Source: a bacterium
GTDB taxonomy: Bacteria > Patescibacteriota > Minisyncoccia > Phycocordibacterales > DATDWN01
DNA length: 64,000 bases
Assembly (NCBI GenBank): GCA_037134875.1
Contig: JBAXLH010000003.1
Coordinates: 9,644 to 73,643, forward strand
Reading direction: 5' to 3'
Below, piece by piece: positions 27,594-36,523 of the stretch. Numbering within the stretch: the stretch's first letter is position 1; each line of letters begins with the position of its first letter. The translations under genes were made by a program, and so were the position numbers. The notes under the pieces were generated by a model. That model did not search any database and was not told the origin of the DNA. It saw nothing but the letters and a program-made list of their open reading frames with translations.

Positions 27594-29773
27594 TTAAATT
27601 AAAAGACTATCAAAAAGATGCAGTGGAAAATCTCTATAGAAAAATAGAGAAGTCTTTGAAATCAGCTGAAAATGAAGTTGTTATATTTCAAGCTCCGACT
27701 GGTTCTGGCAAAACCGTTATGGTTTCCGAATTGCTAAAAGATTTGGTCCGAGACAATAAAAATGGCAAGAGGTTCTCTTTTGTTTGGGTATCTGTCCGAA
27801 TGTTGCACGAACAAAGCAAAGAAAAGCTAGAGGGATATTACGAGAATGACAGAAATATAAAATGCTCATATTTTGAAGACTTAGAGGACCGCAGAATAGC
27901 GGAAAATGAAATCTTATTTATAAACTGGTCTAGTATAAACAAGAAAGACATAAATCTTTTTGTAAGAGAAAACGAAAAGGACAATAACCTCAATAGTGTT
28001 ATAAAAAATACCAAAGAAGACGGTAACACAATCATTTTAATTATTGACGAAAGCCACCATACGGCAAGCTCAGAAAAATCAAAAGAACTGATTGAAACTA
28101 TCAACCCTAAAGTTACTCTGGAGGTTTCCGCAACCCCCGACTTAACCGAAAATATCTCTGAGATAGAAAGGGTCCGTTTAGCAGATGTTAAAGCAGAAGA
28201 AATGATTAAGTCTGAAATATCGGTAAACCCAGAATTTCTTGATGTAATCATTGGGACCAAAAGTGCTGACGATATTGTTATAGAACAGGCTTTTAAAAAG
28301 AGAGAAGAATTGGTTAAGATGTATAAAAAAGAAGGTTCAAAAATAAACCCCTTAATGCTTATTCAACTGCCAGACAATAAAAGTAATTTAATCAGTAAAA
28401 AAGAAGATGTTGTTAAGATTTTAGAGAAGAATGGAATTACTGAGAAAAATGGCAAGCTTGCTATTTGGTTGTCTGAAGACAAGTCTGACACTCTTCCGAA
28501 CATAGAGAAAAATGATAACGAGGTTGAGGTTCTCGTCTTCAAACAGGCCATCGCTTTGGGTTGGGACTGCCCTAGAGCTTCTATTCTCGTCATTTTTAGA
28601 GAGTCAAAGAGCTTTACCTTTACTATTCAAACCATTGGACGAATAATGCGTATGCCAGAGCTGAAATACTATTTGAAAGAGCCTGAATTAAATAATGGGT
28701 ATGTCTTCACCAATTTACCGAATATAGAAATCACGGAAGAATATGCAAAAGATTACATTACAATTTACGAGTCAAAAAGAGATAGCAAACTTTATAATAA
28801 AGTTTCTCTGCCATCTATTCACTTGAAAAGACAACGAGAACGAACCCGTTTATCTAGTGAGTTTGTAAAAATATTTGCCAAGATTGCCGAAAGCAATAAT
28901 TTACAAAAATCAATAAATCTTAAGCCTTCAAAAATAATCAACCCGATAATCGCTGACGGTAAAATTATTGATATTGATAAGTCTGGAGAAATTGAGCATA
29001 AAGGAACTATAAATATCGCTCTGGATGAGAAAGAACTGCAAGAAAAATTTGATAAATTTATTATTCAAAACTGTACTCCATACGCCCCAGCCGACTCAAG
29101 CGATAGAATGAAGACGGCCGTCTATCAATTCTTCAATGAAGAGTTCAAATTTGAAAAATATGACCCGAAAGTACAAAGAATAGTTTTAGGCAAAGAGAAC
29201 GCCCAGTTATTTGTGAACATTATTAATCTTGCAAAAGATAGATACAAAAAAGAAGTTGTTGAAAAATTAAGTGAAAAAAGAGAGTTGGAGGAAGTCCCCG
29301 CTTGGGAGGTCCCTGTCATTGTTAGTTATAACAGCAGATACGAAAAGAAGGACCAACCACTTTCTGTTATGAAGCCTTTTTATACAGCAAAACAAAGTGA
29401 GCCAGAAAGATTATTTATTGAATTTTTAAATGATAACGCCAAAAAAATTAAGTGGTGGTATAAAAACGGAGAAAGTGAAATAAAATACTTTGCTATTCTA
29501 CGGCCAGACAATTTAGCCTTTTACCCAGACTTTATAGTTCAGCTCAAAGACGGGACTATTGGTATATTTGAGACAAAAGGTGGCTTAACGGCCAAAGATG
29601 CCACAGAGCGAGCTGAGAGCCTCTACAAGTACATTAAACGCCAAAATAAGGCTGGTTTTAGCCTAATAGGTGGTATCGCTATCTATGTAAATGGCTCTTG
29701 GAGATACAATGATAAGGAAAAGTACGAGTATAATCCAGATGATTTTTCTGATTGGAAAGTATTGAGTTTATAG
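27590..29773 (+). CDS. res: Type III restriction enzyme Res subunit (SF2 helicase + PD-(D/E)xK nuclease)
   Basis: Walker A FQAPTGSGKT; DEAH box IIDESHH; C-terminal YPDF...IFETKGG nuclease motif. 4-nt overlap with mod. Confidence 0.85.
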   Translation: MIKLKDYQKDAVENLYRKIEKSLKSAENEVVIFQAPTGSGKTVMVSELLKDLVRDNKNGKRFSFVWVSVRMLHEQSKEKLEGYYENDRNIKCSYFEDLEDRRIAENEILFINWSSINKKDINLFVRENEKDNNLNSVIKNTKEDGNTIILIIDESHHTASSEKSKELIETINPKVTLEVSATPDLTENISEIERVRLADVKAEEMIKSEISVNPEFLDVIIGTKSADDIVIEQAFKKREELVKMYKKEGSKINPLMLIQLPDNKSNLISKKEDVVKILEKNGITEKNGKLAIWLSEDKSDTLPNIEKNDNEVEVLVFKQAIALGWDCPRASILVIFRESKSFTFTIQTIGRIMRMPELKYYLKEPELNNGYVFTNLPNIEITEEYAKDYITIYESKRDSKLYNKVSLPSIHLKRQRERTRLSSEFVKIFAKIAESNNLQKSINLKPSKIINPIIADGKIIDIDKSGEIEHKGTINIALDEKELQEKFDKFIIQNCTPYAPADSSDRMKTAVYQFFNEEFKFEKYDPKVQRIVLGKENAQLFVNIINLAKDRYKKEVVEKLSEKRELEEVPAWEVPVIVSYNSRYEKKDQPLSVMKPFYTAKQSEPERLFIEFLNDNAKKIKWWYKNGESEIKYFAILRPDNLAFYPDFIVQLKDGTIGIFETKGGLTAKDATERAESLYKYIKRQNKAGFSLIGGIAIYVNGSWRYNDKEKYEYNPDDFSDWKVLSL

Positions 29774-29833
29774 AATTACACCACTAAAAGTTGTGTGGGA
29801 TAAAATGAATTTTTGTGTTATATTATTCCTAAT

Positions 29834-30373
29834 ATGACGCCACTCTATTTCATTATAGGCAACAAAGGTAAACTTGCTGAGGTTCAAAGCATCATTGATG
29901 ATGTTGAAGCGTTGGATATTGATTTACCAGAAATCCAAGAAATTGATGCTCACAAAATCATAAAAGCAAAGCTGGAAGAAGCTCAAAAACACCATAAAGG
30001 AGAATTTATCGTGGAGGACACCTCTTTGTATTTTGAAGCAATGAATGGTCTGCCAGGCCCGCTCATTAAATGGTTTATGAAAACTATCGGAAATGATGGA
30101 TTATTCAAAATGATTAGTGTCTTTGGAAATTTCAACGCAGAAGCAAAAACTCTAATTGGTCATTCTGATTTGGAAGGAAACATTGAATTTTTTGAAGGTT
30201 CAATAAAAGGAACCGTTGTATCTCCAAAAGGTACTGGTTTTGGCTGGGACCCTATATTTCAACCAGAGGGCTATTCCAAAACATTCGGTGAGTTAAGTTC
30301 TGAAGAAAAAAATTCTTTTAGTATGAGGAAATTAGCGGTGGAGAAACTTAAAAAACATTTATCACTAAAATGA
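29834..30373 (+). CDS. rdgB: Non-canonical purine NTP pyrophosphatase (Ham1/RdgB, ITPase)
   Basis: IGNKGKLAEV...FIVEDTSL...GLPGP...GFGWDPIFQPEG. The ORF track starts at 29813. Confidence 0.85.
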   Translation: MTPLYFIIGNKGKLAEVQSIIDDVEALDIDLPEIQEIDAHKIIKAKLEEAQKHHKGEFIVEDTSLYFEAMNGLPGPLIKWFMKTIGNDGLFKMISVFGNFNAEAKTLIGHSDLEGNIEFFEGSIKGTVVSPKGTGFGWDPIFQPEGYSKTFGELSSEEKNSFSMRKLAVEKLKKHLSLK

Positions 30374-30906
30374 AATTTGTTATTGGCTCATCTAGCGATA
30401 GAAAAGTAAAAATTGCTGAAAAAATTATACGGCAGTTTTTCAATGACCAAGATAATATTATTGAAAGTTATGGTGCAAAATCACAAATGCCAGATACTCC
30501 TTTTGACAAACAAACCTTTGATGGAGCAAGGAACCGAGCCACTGATAGTAAGTCTCACAAAACTGATGCAAACTACTATATCGGGCTTGAAAGTGGCCTT
30601 ATAGAGCGTTATGGGCACATCTACGAGGAAGCGTGGGCAGTTGTGTTATGTTATGGTGGCAAAGAATACTCTGGCTATTCAAGTGGGTTAAAAGTGCCAG
30701 ATTTTATACTCAAAAAAATGGATGATTTGAAAATGGAACATTCTGATGTAATGACTATCATTGAGGAAGAATACGGGAAATTACCAAATGATACTTGGGG
30801 TACATATTCTGGCGGAACAATTTCAAGAGAAGTCAGCTTGGAAGAAGCTCTGCGAAATGTTTTTATACAAATAACCGCTCCAGAAAATAGCTTCTATAAA
30901 AAATAA
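30370..30906 (+). CDS. Inosine/xanthosine triphosphatase (YjjX / NTPase I-T family), paralog 1
   Basis: DTPFDKQTFDGARNRA...GLESGL matches the YjjX pattern (QPFG.EETR.GARNRA). 4-nt overlap with Ham1. Confidence 0.7.
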   Translation: MKFVIGSSSDRKVKIAEKIIRQFFNDQDNIIESYGAKSQMPDTPFDKQTFDGARNRATDSKSHKTDANYYIGLESGLIERYGHIYEEAWAVVLCYGGKEYSGYSSGLKVPDFILKKMDDLKMEHSDVMTIIEEEYGKLPNDTWGTYSGGTISREVSLEEALRNVFIQITAPENSFYKK

Positions 30907-30907
30907 T

Positions 30908-31612
30908 ATGAGACACCAAATGCGATTACACCCACTTCCTTTTGAGAAAGTGAAAGATGGTTCAAAAACAATTGAGATAAGACTTGATGACGAAAAACGC
31001 CAACAATTAAAAATTGGAGACAAGATAGAATTTTCTTCAAGAACTGAACCAGAAAATAAAATTTTGGTAAAAATTTCAGACCTCCTTTATTTTCCGACTT
31101 TTTCGGAATTGTTTGATGCGTTCCCACCAGAAGTTTTTGGTGGCACAGATAAAGAAAATTTGATGGGTATTTACAAATACTACACAAAAGAAGATGAGAA
31201 AAAATATGGTGTAGTCGGTATCAAGTTTGAAAAAAGAGAAATCCCTCAAATAATAAAAGATGTTGGATTTGATTTTGATTGGAGTGAAGAAAAGGTTTGG
31301 ACACTTGATGTGCCTGTTGAGGAAGTAAATATCAGTGAGCTTACTTGGCACTTTGACATTCCGTTTCTCTGGGAAAAGGGCGTATACAATCTCAAACCGC
31401 AGGATGTTATTAATGAGCCAGAAAAGCACAAAGAGGAATACGCACGCACTATGAAAGCCGACCTTGTACATCCGATAGATATTATGCAAAACAAAGGACG
31501 CTGGCTCATTTTGGATGGATTACACCGTCTGATGAAGGCGTCAATCCTTGGTCAGCAAAGAGTTCAAGTACGAAAAGTGTCTCGTGAACTAATCCCAAAT
31601 ATAACAAAGTAA
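30908..31612 (+). CDS. Fusion of ASCH (PUA-like) domain and ParB/sulfiredoxin-like NTP-binding/nuclease domain
   Basis: The N-terminal segment LHPLPFEKVKDGSKTIEIRLDD...IGDKIEF is an ASCH-type beta-barrel. The C-terminal HPIDIMQNKGRWLILDGLHRL carries the ParB/Srx DGxHR motif. Confidence 0.6.
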   Translation: MRHQMRLHPLPFEKVKDGSKTIEIRLDDEKRQQLKIGDKIEFSSRTEPENKILVKISDLLYFPTFSELFDAFPPEVFGGTDKENLMGIYKYYTKEDEKKYGVVGIKFEKREIPQIIKDVGFDFDWSEEKVWTLDVPVEEVNISELTWHFDIPFLWEKGVYNLKPQDVINEPEKHKEEYARTMKADLVHPIDIMQNKGRWLILDGLHRLMKASILGQQRVQVRKVSRELIPNITK

Positions 31613-32118
31613 TGAATAAACTACTTCAAAAAATAATAATTATGGGAGACAGTGGTAGAGGTAAATCAACTCTTGCACCACGCATTTCTGAAAAGTTGGG
31701 TATTCCTTACCATTCCACTGATGACTATTTCTATGAAGTAAAGTTTTCAAAACCAAGGGATAGACAAAAAAGTATTGAGGAGATTTCAAAACTTTTTCAC
31801 GAGCCAAAATGGATTGTTGAAGGCACGACACATCACTTACTTGAACAAGGTCTTGCTCCATCAGACATAATTATTCACCTTACATATAAAAACATATTCT
31901 ATCAGTGGACTAGCCAGATAAAGCGATACTTTCAGAGGGATAATGAAAGTTTAGTTGGTTTATATCAGCTAATGAAGCACTCATTGTATAAAAAATACGG
32001 GTGGGGCTACAAGAAAGGAAAAGTGAATAATGTTCAGCTCATTGCTCCTTACAATGAAAAAGTTATTACACTTTCTTCTTTCAAGCAGATAGATGATTTT
32101 GTAAATAATTTGAAATAA
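31612..32118 (+). CDS. P-loop NTPase, adenylate/nucleoside-kinase-like
   Basis: Walker A IIIMGDSGRGKSTLA. 168 aa, a typical small kinase size. Start abuts the upstream stop. Confidence 0.6.
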   Translation: MNKLLQKIIIMGDSGRGKSTLAPRISEKLGIPYHSTDDYFYEVKFSKPRDRQKSIEEISKLFHEPKWIVEGTTHHLLEQGLAPSDIIIHLTYKNIFYQWTSQIKRYFQRDNESLVGLYQLMKHSLYKKYGWGYKKGKVNNVQLIAPYNEKVITLSSFKQIDDFVNNLK

Positions 32119-32119
32119 A

Positions 32120-32593
32120 ATGAAAAATACCGACAAAGCATTTCTTTGGATAACAAGTATTCTAGAAAAACACAATATTCAATATAAAATATCTGGAGGT
32201 TTTGCTGGGCGTGTATATGGTGTAAGTCGTGAGCTGGCAGATATTGATATTGAAGTATCAGAAACAGATATACTAAAAATACTTACTGATGTGGAAGAGT
32301 ATATTATATATGGCCCAGATAGGTATAAAGATGAAAACTGGGATTTGCAACTTATGACACTCAATTACGAAGGTCAAGACATTGATATTTCAGGAGTGGA
32401 AGCAAAGATTTTTAATCAGAAAAGTGGTCAATGGGAAAATTGTACAGGTGACCTAACAAATGTTACTTTGATTGAAGTCTACGGTAAAAAAGTACCAATT
32501 GAGAGTATTGAAAATCTCATTACTTACAAAACAAAACTTGCAAGAGATGTAGATATTGAGGATGTGAGGCAACTTTTATTAATTAAGAAATAA
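32120..32593 (+). CDS. Minimal nucleotidyltransferase (Pol-beta superfamily; Lnu/ANT-like)
   Basis: ISGGFAGRVYGVSRELADIDIEV is the GS-x9-13-DxD nucleotidyltransferase signature. 157 aa. Confidence 0.65.
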   Translation: MKNTDKAFLWITSILEKHNIQYKISGGFAGRVYGVSRELADIDIEVSETDILKILTDVEEYIIYGPDRYKDENWDLQLMTLNYEGQDIDISGVEAKIFNQKSGQWENCTGDLTNVTLIEVYGKKVPIESIENLITYKTKLARDVDIEDVRQLLLIKK

Positions 32594-32597
32594 TAAT

Positions 32598-32993
32598 ATG
32601 AAATCAGTAACAATTTGTTCAAGTAATAGGTTTGCAGATGAGGCAGAGGTTTTTGCAAACAAACTCAAAAAACTCGGGGTCAATGTTTTGGTGCCACATT
32701 TCTATACAAAGAATTATGGAGGGGTTGATAAGGTTAAAGAAGTTCATAACAGAAAATTTATTGCTATGGGTTTGACTCACGACCATTTCAATAAAATAAG
32801 AAAAAGTGATGCGGTGTTTATATATAACAAAGAAGGATACAGTGGAAATAGTGTAACTTTGGAACTCGGATATGCTGTAGCTCTCGGTAAACCAGTTTAT
32901 GCTTTGTCGGACAAAGATGTGGAGACTTGCAGAGATATATTGTTTGCTGGATATGCCAAGACTCCAACAGAATTAATTAAATTTTTAAAATGA
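32598..32993 (+). CDS. DNPH1/Rcl-like protein of the nucleoside 2-deoxyribosyltransferase superfamily (predicted deoxynucleoside-5'-monophosphate N-glycosidase)
   Basis: VTICSSNRF...SVTLELGYAVALGKPVYAL parallels the Rcl motif FCGSIRGG...GVGYELGRAVALGKP. Confidence 0.55.
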   Translation: MKSVTICSSNRFADEAEVFANKLKKLGVNVLVPHFYTKNYGGVDKVKEVHNRKFIAMGLTHDHFNKIRKSDAVFIYNKEGYSGNSVTLELGYAVALGKPVYALSDKDVETCRDILFAGYAKTPTELIKFLK

Positions 32994-33505
32994 AAATAGC
33001 TATTGGTACAACAAGCGAGTTAAAAGTTAGAGCACTAAAAAGTGCTATGGGTAGACTTAGCATTGATGCTGAAGTTATACAAATCAAAACAGACTCAAAA
33101 GTATCTTCGCAACCGTTCGGGTATGAAGAAATGATTATTGGTGCGACAAACAGAGCTACACAGTGTAAAAATGAAATCAATTCTGACATTTCAATTGCAG
33201 TAGAAAGCGGACTTGTTGAAATTGGTGAAAATTATTTTGACATAGCTTGTGTCTGTGCAATCTCAAAAGATGGCAATAAATCATTTGCGTACAGTGCTGG
33301 TTATCTTGTACCAGAATGGATGATAAAGGAAATCAAGGAAGATGGTACTGAATTAGGCTTCATTACCCAAAGACTTTCTGGAGATTCAGATAAAGACCCA
33401 TTGAAATATTTTTCTGGTAGTATTATTAAAAGAGAAGAATTACTTTCAGAAGCTATTATTTTGGCCTTGATTAAATTATCTAACGAAAACAGATACATAA
33501 AATAA
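32990..33505 (+). CDS. Inosine/xanthosine triphosphatase (YjjX family), paralog 2
   Basis: SSQPFGYEEMIIGATNRA...ESGL. 4-nt overlap with the upstream gene. Confidence 0.65.
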   Translation: MKIAIGTTSELKVRALKSAMGRLSIDAEVIQIKTDSKVSSQPFGYEEMIIGATNRATQCKNEINSDISIAVESGLVEIGENYFDIACVCAISKDGNKSFAYSAGYLVPEWMIKEIKEDGTELGFITQRLSGDSDKDPLKYFSGSIIKREELLSEAIILALIKLSNENRYIK

Positions 33506-33666
33506 TCCTTACCAAGTGTTCACAATGTTGAATTTTGAGTAATCTGCTATCATTAAATAGGTTCTAGCTTCGTCTAATGCCCTCCGCCAAAATTCGGAAT
33601 TCAAAATCCCGAGAGGGATTTTTTGTGTGAGATCCGAGCAATGTTCCAGTATGATATACTATTCCT

Positions 33667-34056
33667 ATGAAATATTTGGGTGTTGATTATGGTGCAAAAA
33701 GGGTTGGGCTGGCTGTGTCGGATGATTCAAACAGCTATGCTTTTCCTTTGTCTGTTATAGAAAACTCTGGTCCCGAAGATTTGACTGCGAAAATTGTTTC
33801 TGTGTGCAAAGAGAAAAAAATCGACTGCGTAGTGGTGGGCGAGTCAAAGGATTTCAATATGAATGAAAATGAGATAATGATTCAAGTCAAAAAATTTGTT
33901 TCTGATCTGAGGAAAGCTGGTCTCGCGGTTGTGTTACATCCGGAGTTTTTGAGTTCTCTCGAGGCAGAGAGACTACAGGGGAGTAATGCAATGAATGATG
34001 CCTCCGCAGCGGCGATTATATTAAAAAGTTATTTAGACACACACAATGGAAAATAA
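33667..34056 (+). CDS. ruvX: Putative pre-16S rRNA nuclease / Holliday-junction-resolvase-like YqgF (RuvX)
   Basis: MKYLGVDYGAKRVGLAVSD, an RNase H-like fold. Confidence 0.8.
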   Translation: MKYLGVDYGAKRVGLAVSDDSNSYAFPLSVIENSGPEDLTAKIVSVCKEKKIDCVVVGESKDFNMNENEIMIQVKKFVSDLRKAGLAVVLHPEFLSSLEAERLQGSNAMNDASAAAIILKSYLDTHNGK

Positions 34057-34387
34057 AGAATACATAGGAATAGACAATTTCAAAAAACTGGAAATAAAAA
34101 TCGGTCATATTTTGGAAGTGGAGAAAATAGAGGGTGCGGACAAACTTCTCAAACTCAGTGTTTCTTTCGGAGAGGAAAAACCGCGACAGATTGTTTCCGG
34201 AATTGCGCTGTATTTTCCTGATCCACAAACTCTTGTGGGTAAAAAATGTGCATTTGCAACAAATTTAGAACCGCGCGTAATCAGAGGATTTGAAAGTCAG
34301 GGAATGATACTTGCAGTAAGTGGAGATGATTTCTTTTCTCTCCTTGAAACAAACGAAAAAGTGATTCCCGGGGCGTCTGTCAAATAA
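34046..34387 (+). CDS. Free-standing tRNA-binding domain protein (CsaA/Trbp111/EMAP-like OB fold)
   Basis: KIGHILEVEKIEGADKLLKLSVSFGEEKPRQIVSGIA...ATNLEPRVIRGFESQGMILA matches the MetRS C-terminal tRNA-binding domain. Confidence 0.8.
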   Translation: MENKEYIGIDNFKKLEIKIGHILEVEKIEGADKLLKLSVSFGEEKPRQIVSGIALYFPDPQTLVGKKCAFATNLEPRVIRGFESQGMILAVSGDDFFSLLETNEKVIPGASVK

Positions 34388-34450
34388 TACACAAAACATA
34401 TCGCATAACTCGCTGGAAAGTATGTGCTGTTGTAGTGTATAATTTGTGTA

Positions 34451-35422
34451 ATGATGTACAAAAAAATTCTTGACGCATTTCCTCCGCCGAATTTTTTGAA
34501 TATTCCGTATGTTGGCATCTCTATTTCTGACAGCTTTGTCAGAAGTATTAAGTTTGGCAGAAACAACAGAAGTCTTTTTGTTGAAAAGTTTTCAGAAAAA
34601 GCAATTCCGAGAGGTATTGTAGAGGGCGGTCGCATCAATGATACCGAAGGACTCGTAAAAATTTTGAAAGAAATCAAAAAAGAAATGAATGCAAAATATG
34701 CCAGAGTGTCTCTTCCAGAAGAAAAAGCATATTTGTTTGAAACAGAAATACCACATGTGGTAAAAGAGGAGATTCGCAGTACGATTGAATTCAAGATAGA
34801 AGAGAATGTTCCTCTCAAGGTTGCAGAAGTTGATTTTGACTATGTGATTACGGAGCAAAATCGTCAAACAGGCAATCTGACGGTGGTAGTATCGGCCCTG
34901 CCTGCAAAAGCAGTTGATGCGTATGCTGAGGCAGTAAGCAAGGCGGGCATTTCTCTTTTGTCACTCGAAATAGTGTCACAGGCTGTTGCGAGAGCTCTCT
35001 TGCCATACGGTACCCGAGAGGCAAATCTTATTTTGCATTTTGGATTGGATAAAGTCGGTCTGTATGTAGTGAGTTCCGGTATTGTTTCTTTCACATCAAC
35101 CGTTTCAACCAAGGGTGAAAATTTGAGCAACAGAAATTTTTTGCTCGGAGAAATAAAGCGAGTGTGTGGGTATTGGGATACACTCAAGGAAAATGAAGGA
35201 AAAAAAGAAAAACAAATTCAACGCATTGTTATTTGTGGAGAGGGAATTGAATCCGATCTGGTCTCATATTTGACTGCAAATCAAAAAGTGTCTGTCGTGC
35301 TCGGAAATGTTTGGCAAAATGCATTTGATGTTAATGATGTTGTGCCACCTATTTCATTTACAGATTCGATCAAGTTTGCACCAGCAATCGGCTTGGCCCT
35401 ACCAGAGGAAATTTTAATATAA
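34451..35422 (+). CDS. pilM: Type IV pilus assembly protein PilM (actin-like ATPase fold)
   Basis: Size and architecture; followed by PilN/PilO-like genes. Confidence 0.7.
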   Translation: MMYKKILDAFPPPNFLNIPYVGISISDSFVRSIKFGRNNRSLFVEKFSEKAIPRGIVEGGRINDTEGLVKILKEIKKEMNAKYARVSLPEEKAYLFETEIPHVVKEEIRSTIEFKIEENVPLKVAEVDFDYVITEQNRQTGNLTVVVSALPAKAVDAYAEAVSKAGISLLSLEIVSQAVARALLPYGTREANLILHFGLDKVGLYVVSSGIVSFTSTVSTKGENLSNRNFLLGEIKRVCGYWDTLKENEGKKEKQIQRIVICGEGIESDLVSYLTANQKVSVVLGNVWQNAFDVNDVVPPISFTDSIKFAPAIGLALPEEILI

Positions 35423-35423
35423 T

Positions 35424-35954
35424 ATGTTCAACGTACTACCAAATTTTTTCAAAGAAGAGATCAAAAGCGAGTATAAGATTCGTTTCTGGATAGTTGTTGT
35501 TCTGTTTGTTATTTTTATCCAAATCTCATTTCTTGTGATGATTTTTCCATCATGGCTTATTTCACTTGCAAGACAAAATGAGGTGACGACTGAACTCGAT
35601 GCAACAAACAAATCATCCTCGTATCAAAATGCGGATAAAATATCAACAATGATAGAGGATACAAATCAAAAGCTAAAAATCATAGATTCGGCCCTGACAT
35701 ATCCACGATTTGTTCCGATTGTGCGTTCTATTTTGGATAATAAAATTAGCGGTATCAAACTCAACAGTATTTTATTCTCGTCCACGGGATCCAATACAGT
35801 TGCTTTGACTGGTATTTCTAGTACACGAGAAACACTTGTGTTGTTTATCAAAAAATTAAAAGATTCCGGACTCTTCAAAGATGTATTTTCTCCCGTTTCA
35901 AATTTTACAAAAGATAAAGATATAGGGTTTTCGATTAATATAATACTTCAATAA
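35424..35954 (+). CDS. pilN: Type IV pilus assembly protein PilN-like (single transmembrane helix + periplasmic domain)
   Basis: N-terminal transmembrane helix. Position after pilM, with start/stop overlap. Confidence 0.5.
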   Translation: MFNVLPNFFKEEIKSEYKIRFWIVVVLFVIFIQISFLVMIFPSWLISLARQNEVTTELDATNKSSSYQNADKISTMIEDTNQKLKIIDSALTYPRFVPIVRSILDNKISGIKLNSILFSSTGSNTVALTGISSTRETLVLFIKKLKDSGLFKDVFSPVSNFTKDKDIGFSINIILQ

Positions 35955-35955
35955 T

Positions 35956-36522
35956 ATGAGTCATACACGATTATTAAAAAATATTTTGATTTTTGAAATC
36001 ATTTTGATGATTGTGATTTTTGTCTCATATTACTTTGTTTTTTTGGATATCAAAAGTAAGAATGAAAATACATCTGTGTTGAGAAATAATCTTTCGTATC
36101 AAATAGGAAAACAACAGTATATGGCCGAAATGCAGAAAACGATAAAAAATTCTAACTCGGACATTAGTCAGATCAGCAGTATGATTGTGAGCAAAGACGG
36201 CGATGTTGCTTTTATTGAAAGCCTAGAAAATAGCGCTCGCAAAAATGGTTTGGATATAAAAATTGACTCACTCACGTTTGATGACAATGCAAACCTGTCC
36301 GCAGGAGGACTGACGTCACTCAGAGTAAAAGCTACAATAAAAGGAAGTTGGCTTGGGACATTTACATTTATGAATGAGCTTGAATCAATGATATACAAAG
36401 TAAGAGTTGATACATTTGCTCTTATGTACAATACTGACGCCGATCCTTCGCTTACAAAAAAAGGTGTCAAAAGTACAGTGTGGCAGAGTATTTTTGAAAT
36501 TCATGTATTAAAATTTAAATAA
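35956..36522 (+). CDS. pilO: Type IV pilus assembly protein PilO-like
   Basis: Single transmembrane helix plus coiled coil; operon position. Confidence 0.45.
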   Translation: MSHTRLLKNILIFEIILMIVIFVSYYFVFLDIKSKNENTSVLRNNLSYQIGKQQYMAEMQKTIKNSNSDISQISSMIVSKDGDVAFIESLENSARKNGLDIKIDSLTFDDNANLSAGGLTSLRVKATIKGSWLGTFTFMNELESMIYKVRVDTFALMYNTDADPSLTKKGVKSTVWQSIFEIHVLKFK

Positions 36523-36523
36523 T

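Larger units (their letters stand above)
20637..29773. mobile_element. Integrated element (integrative island) inserted at the tRNA-Ser 3' end. Carries a serine recombinase, excisionase-like HTH protein, tyrosine integrase, unknown cargo and a Type III R-M system. Right boundary not defined.
   Basis: The recombinase gene's 3' end overlaps the tRNA 3' end by 12 nt. Two integrases in a row. The R-M cargo is a typical accessory cassette. No attR repeat identified. Confidence 0.55.

Noticed and set aside
29774-29833. Search for an attR copy of the tRNA-Ser 3' end at the right edge of the R-M genes
   Set aside because: No direct repeat of 12 nt or longer from the tRNA-Ser 3' end was found between 23.6 and 30 kb by eye. 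The island boundary is therefore left undefined rather than asserted.
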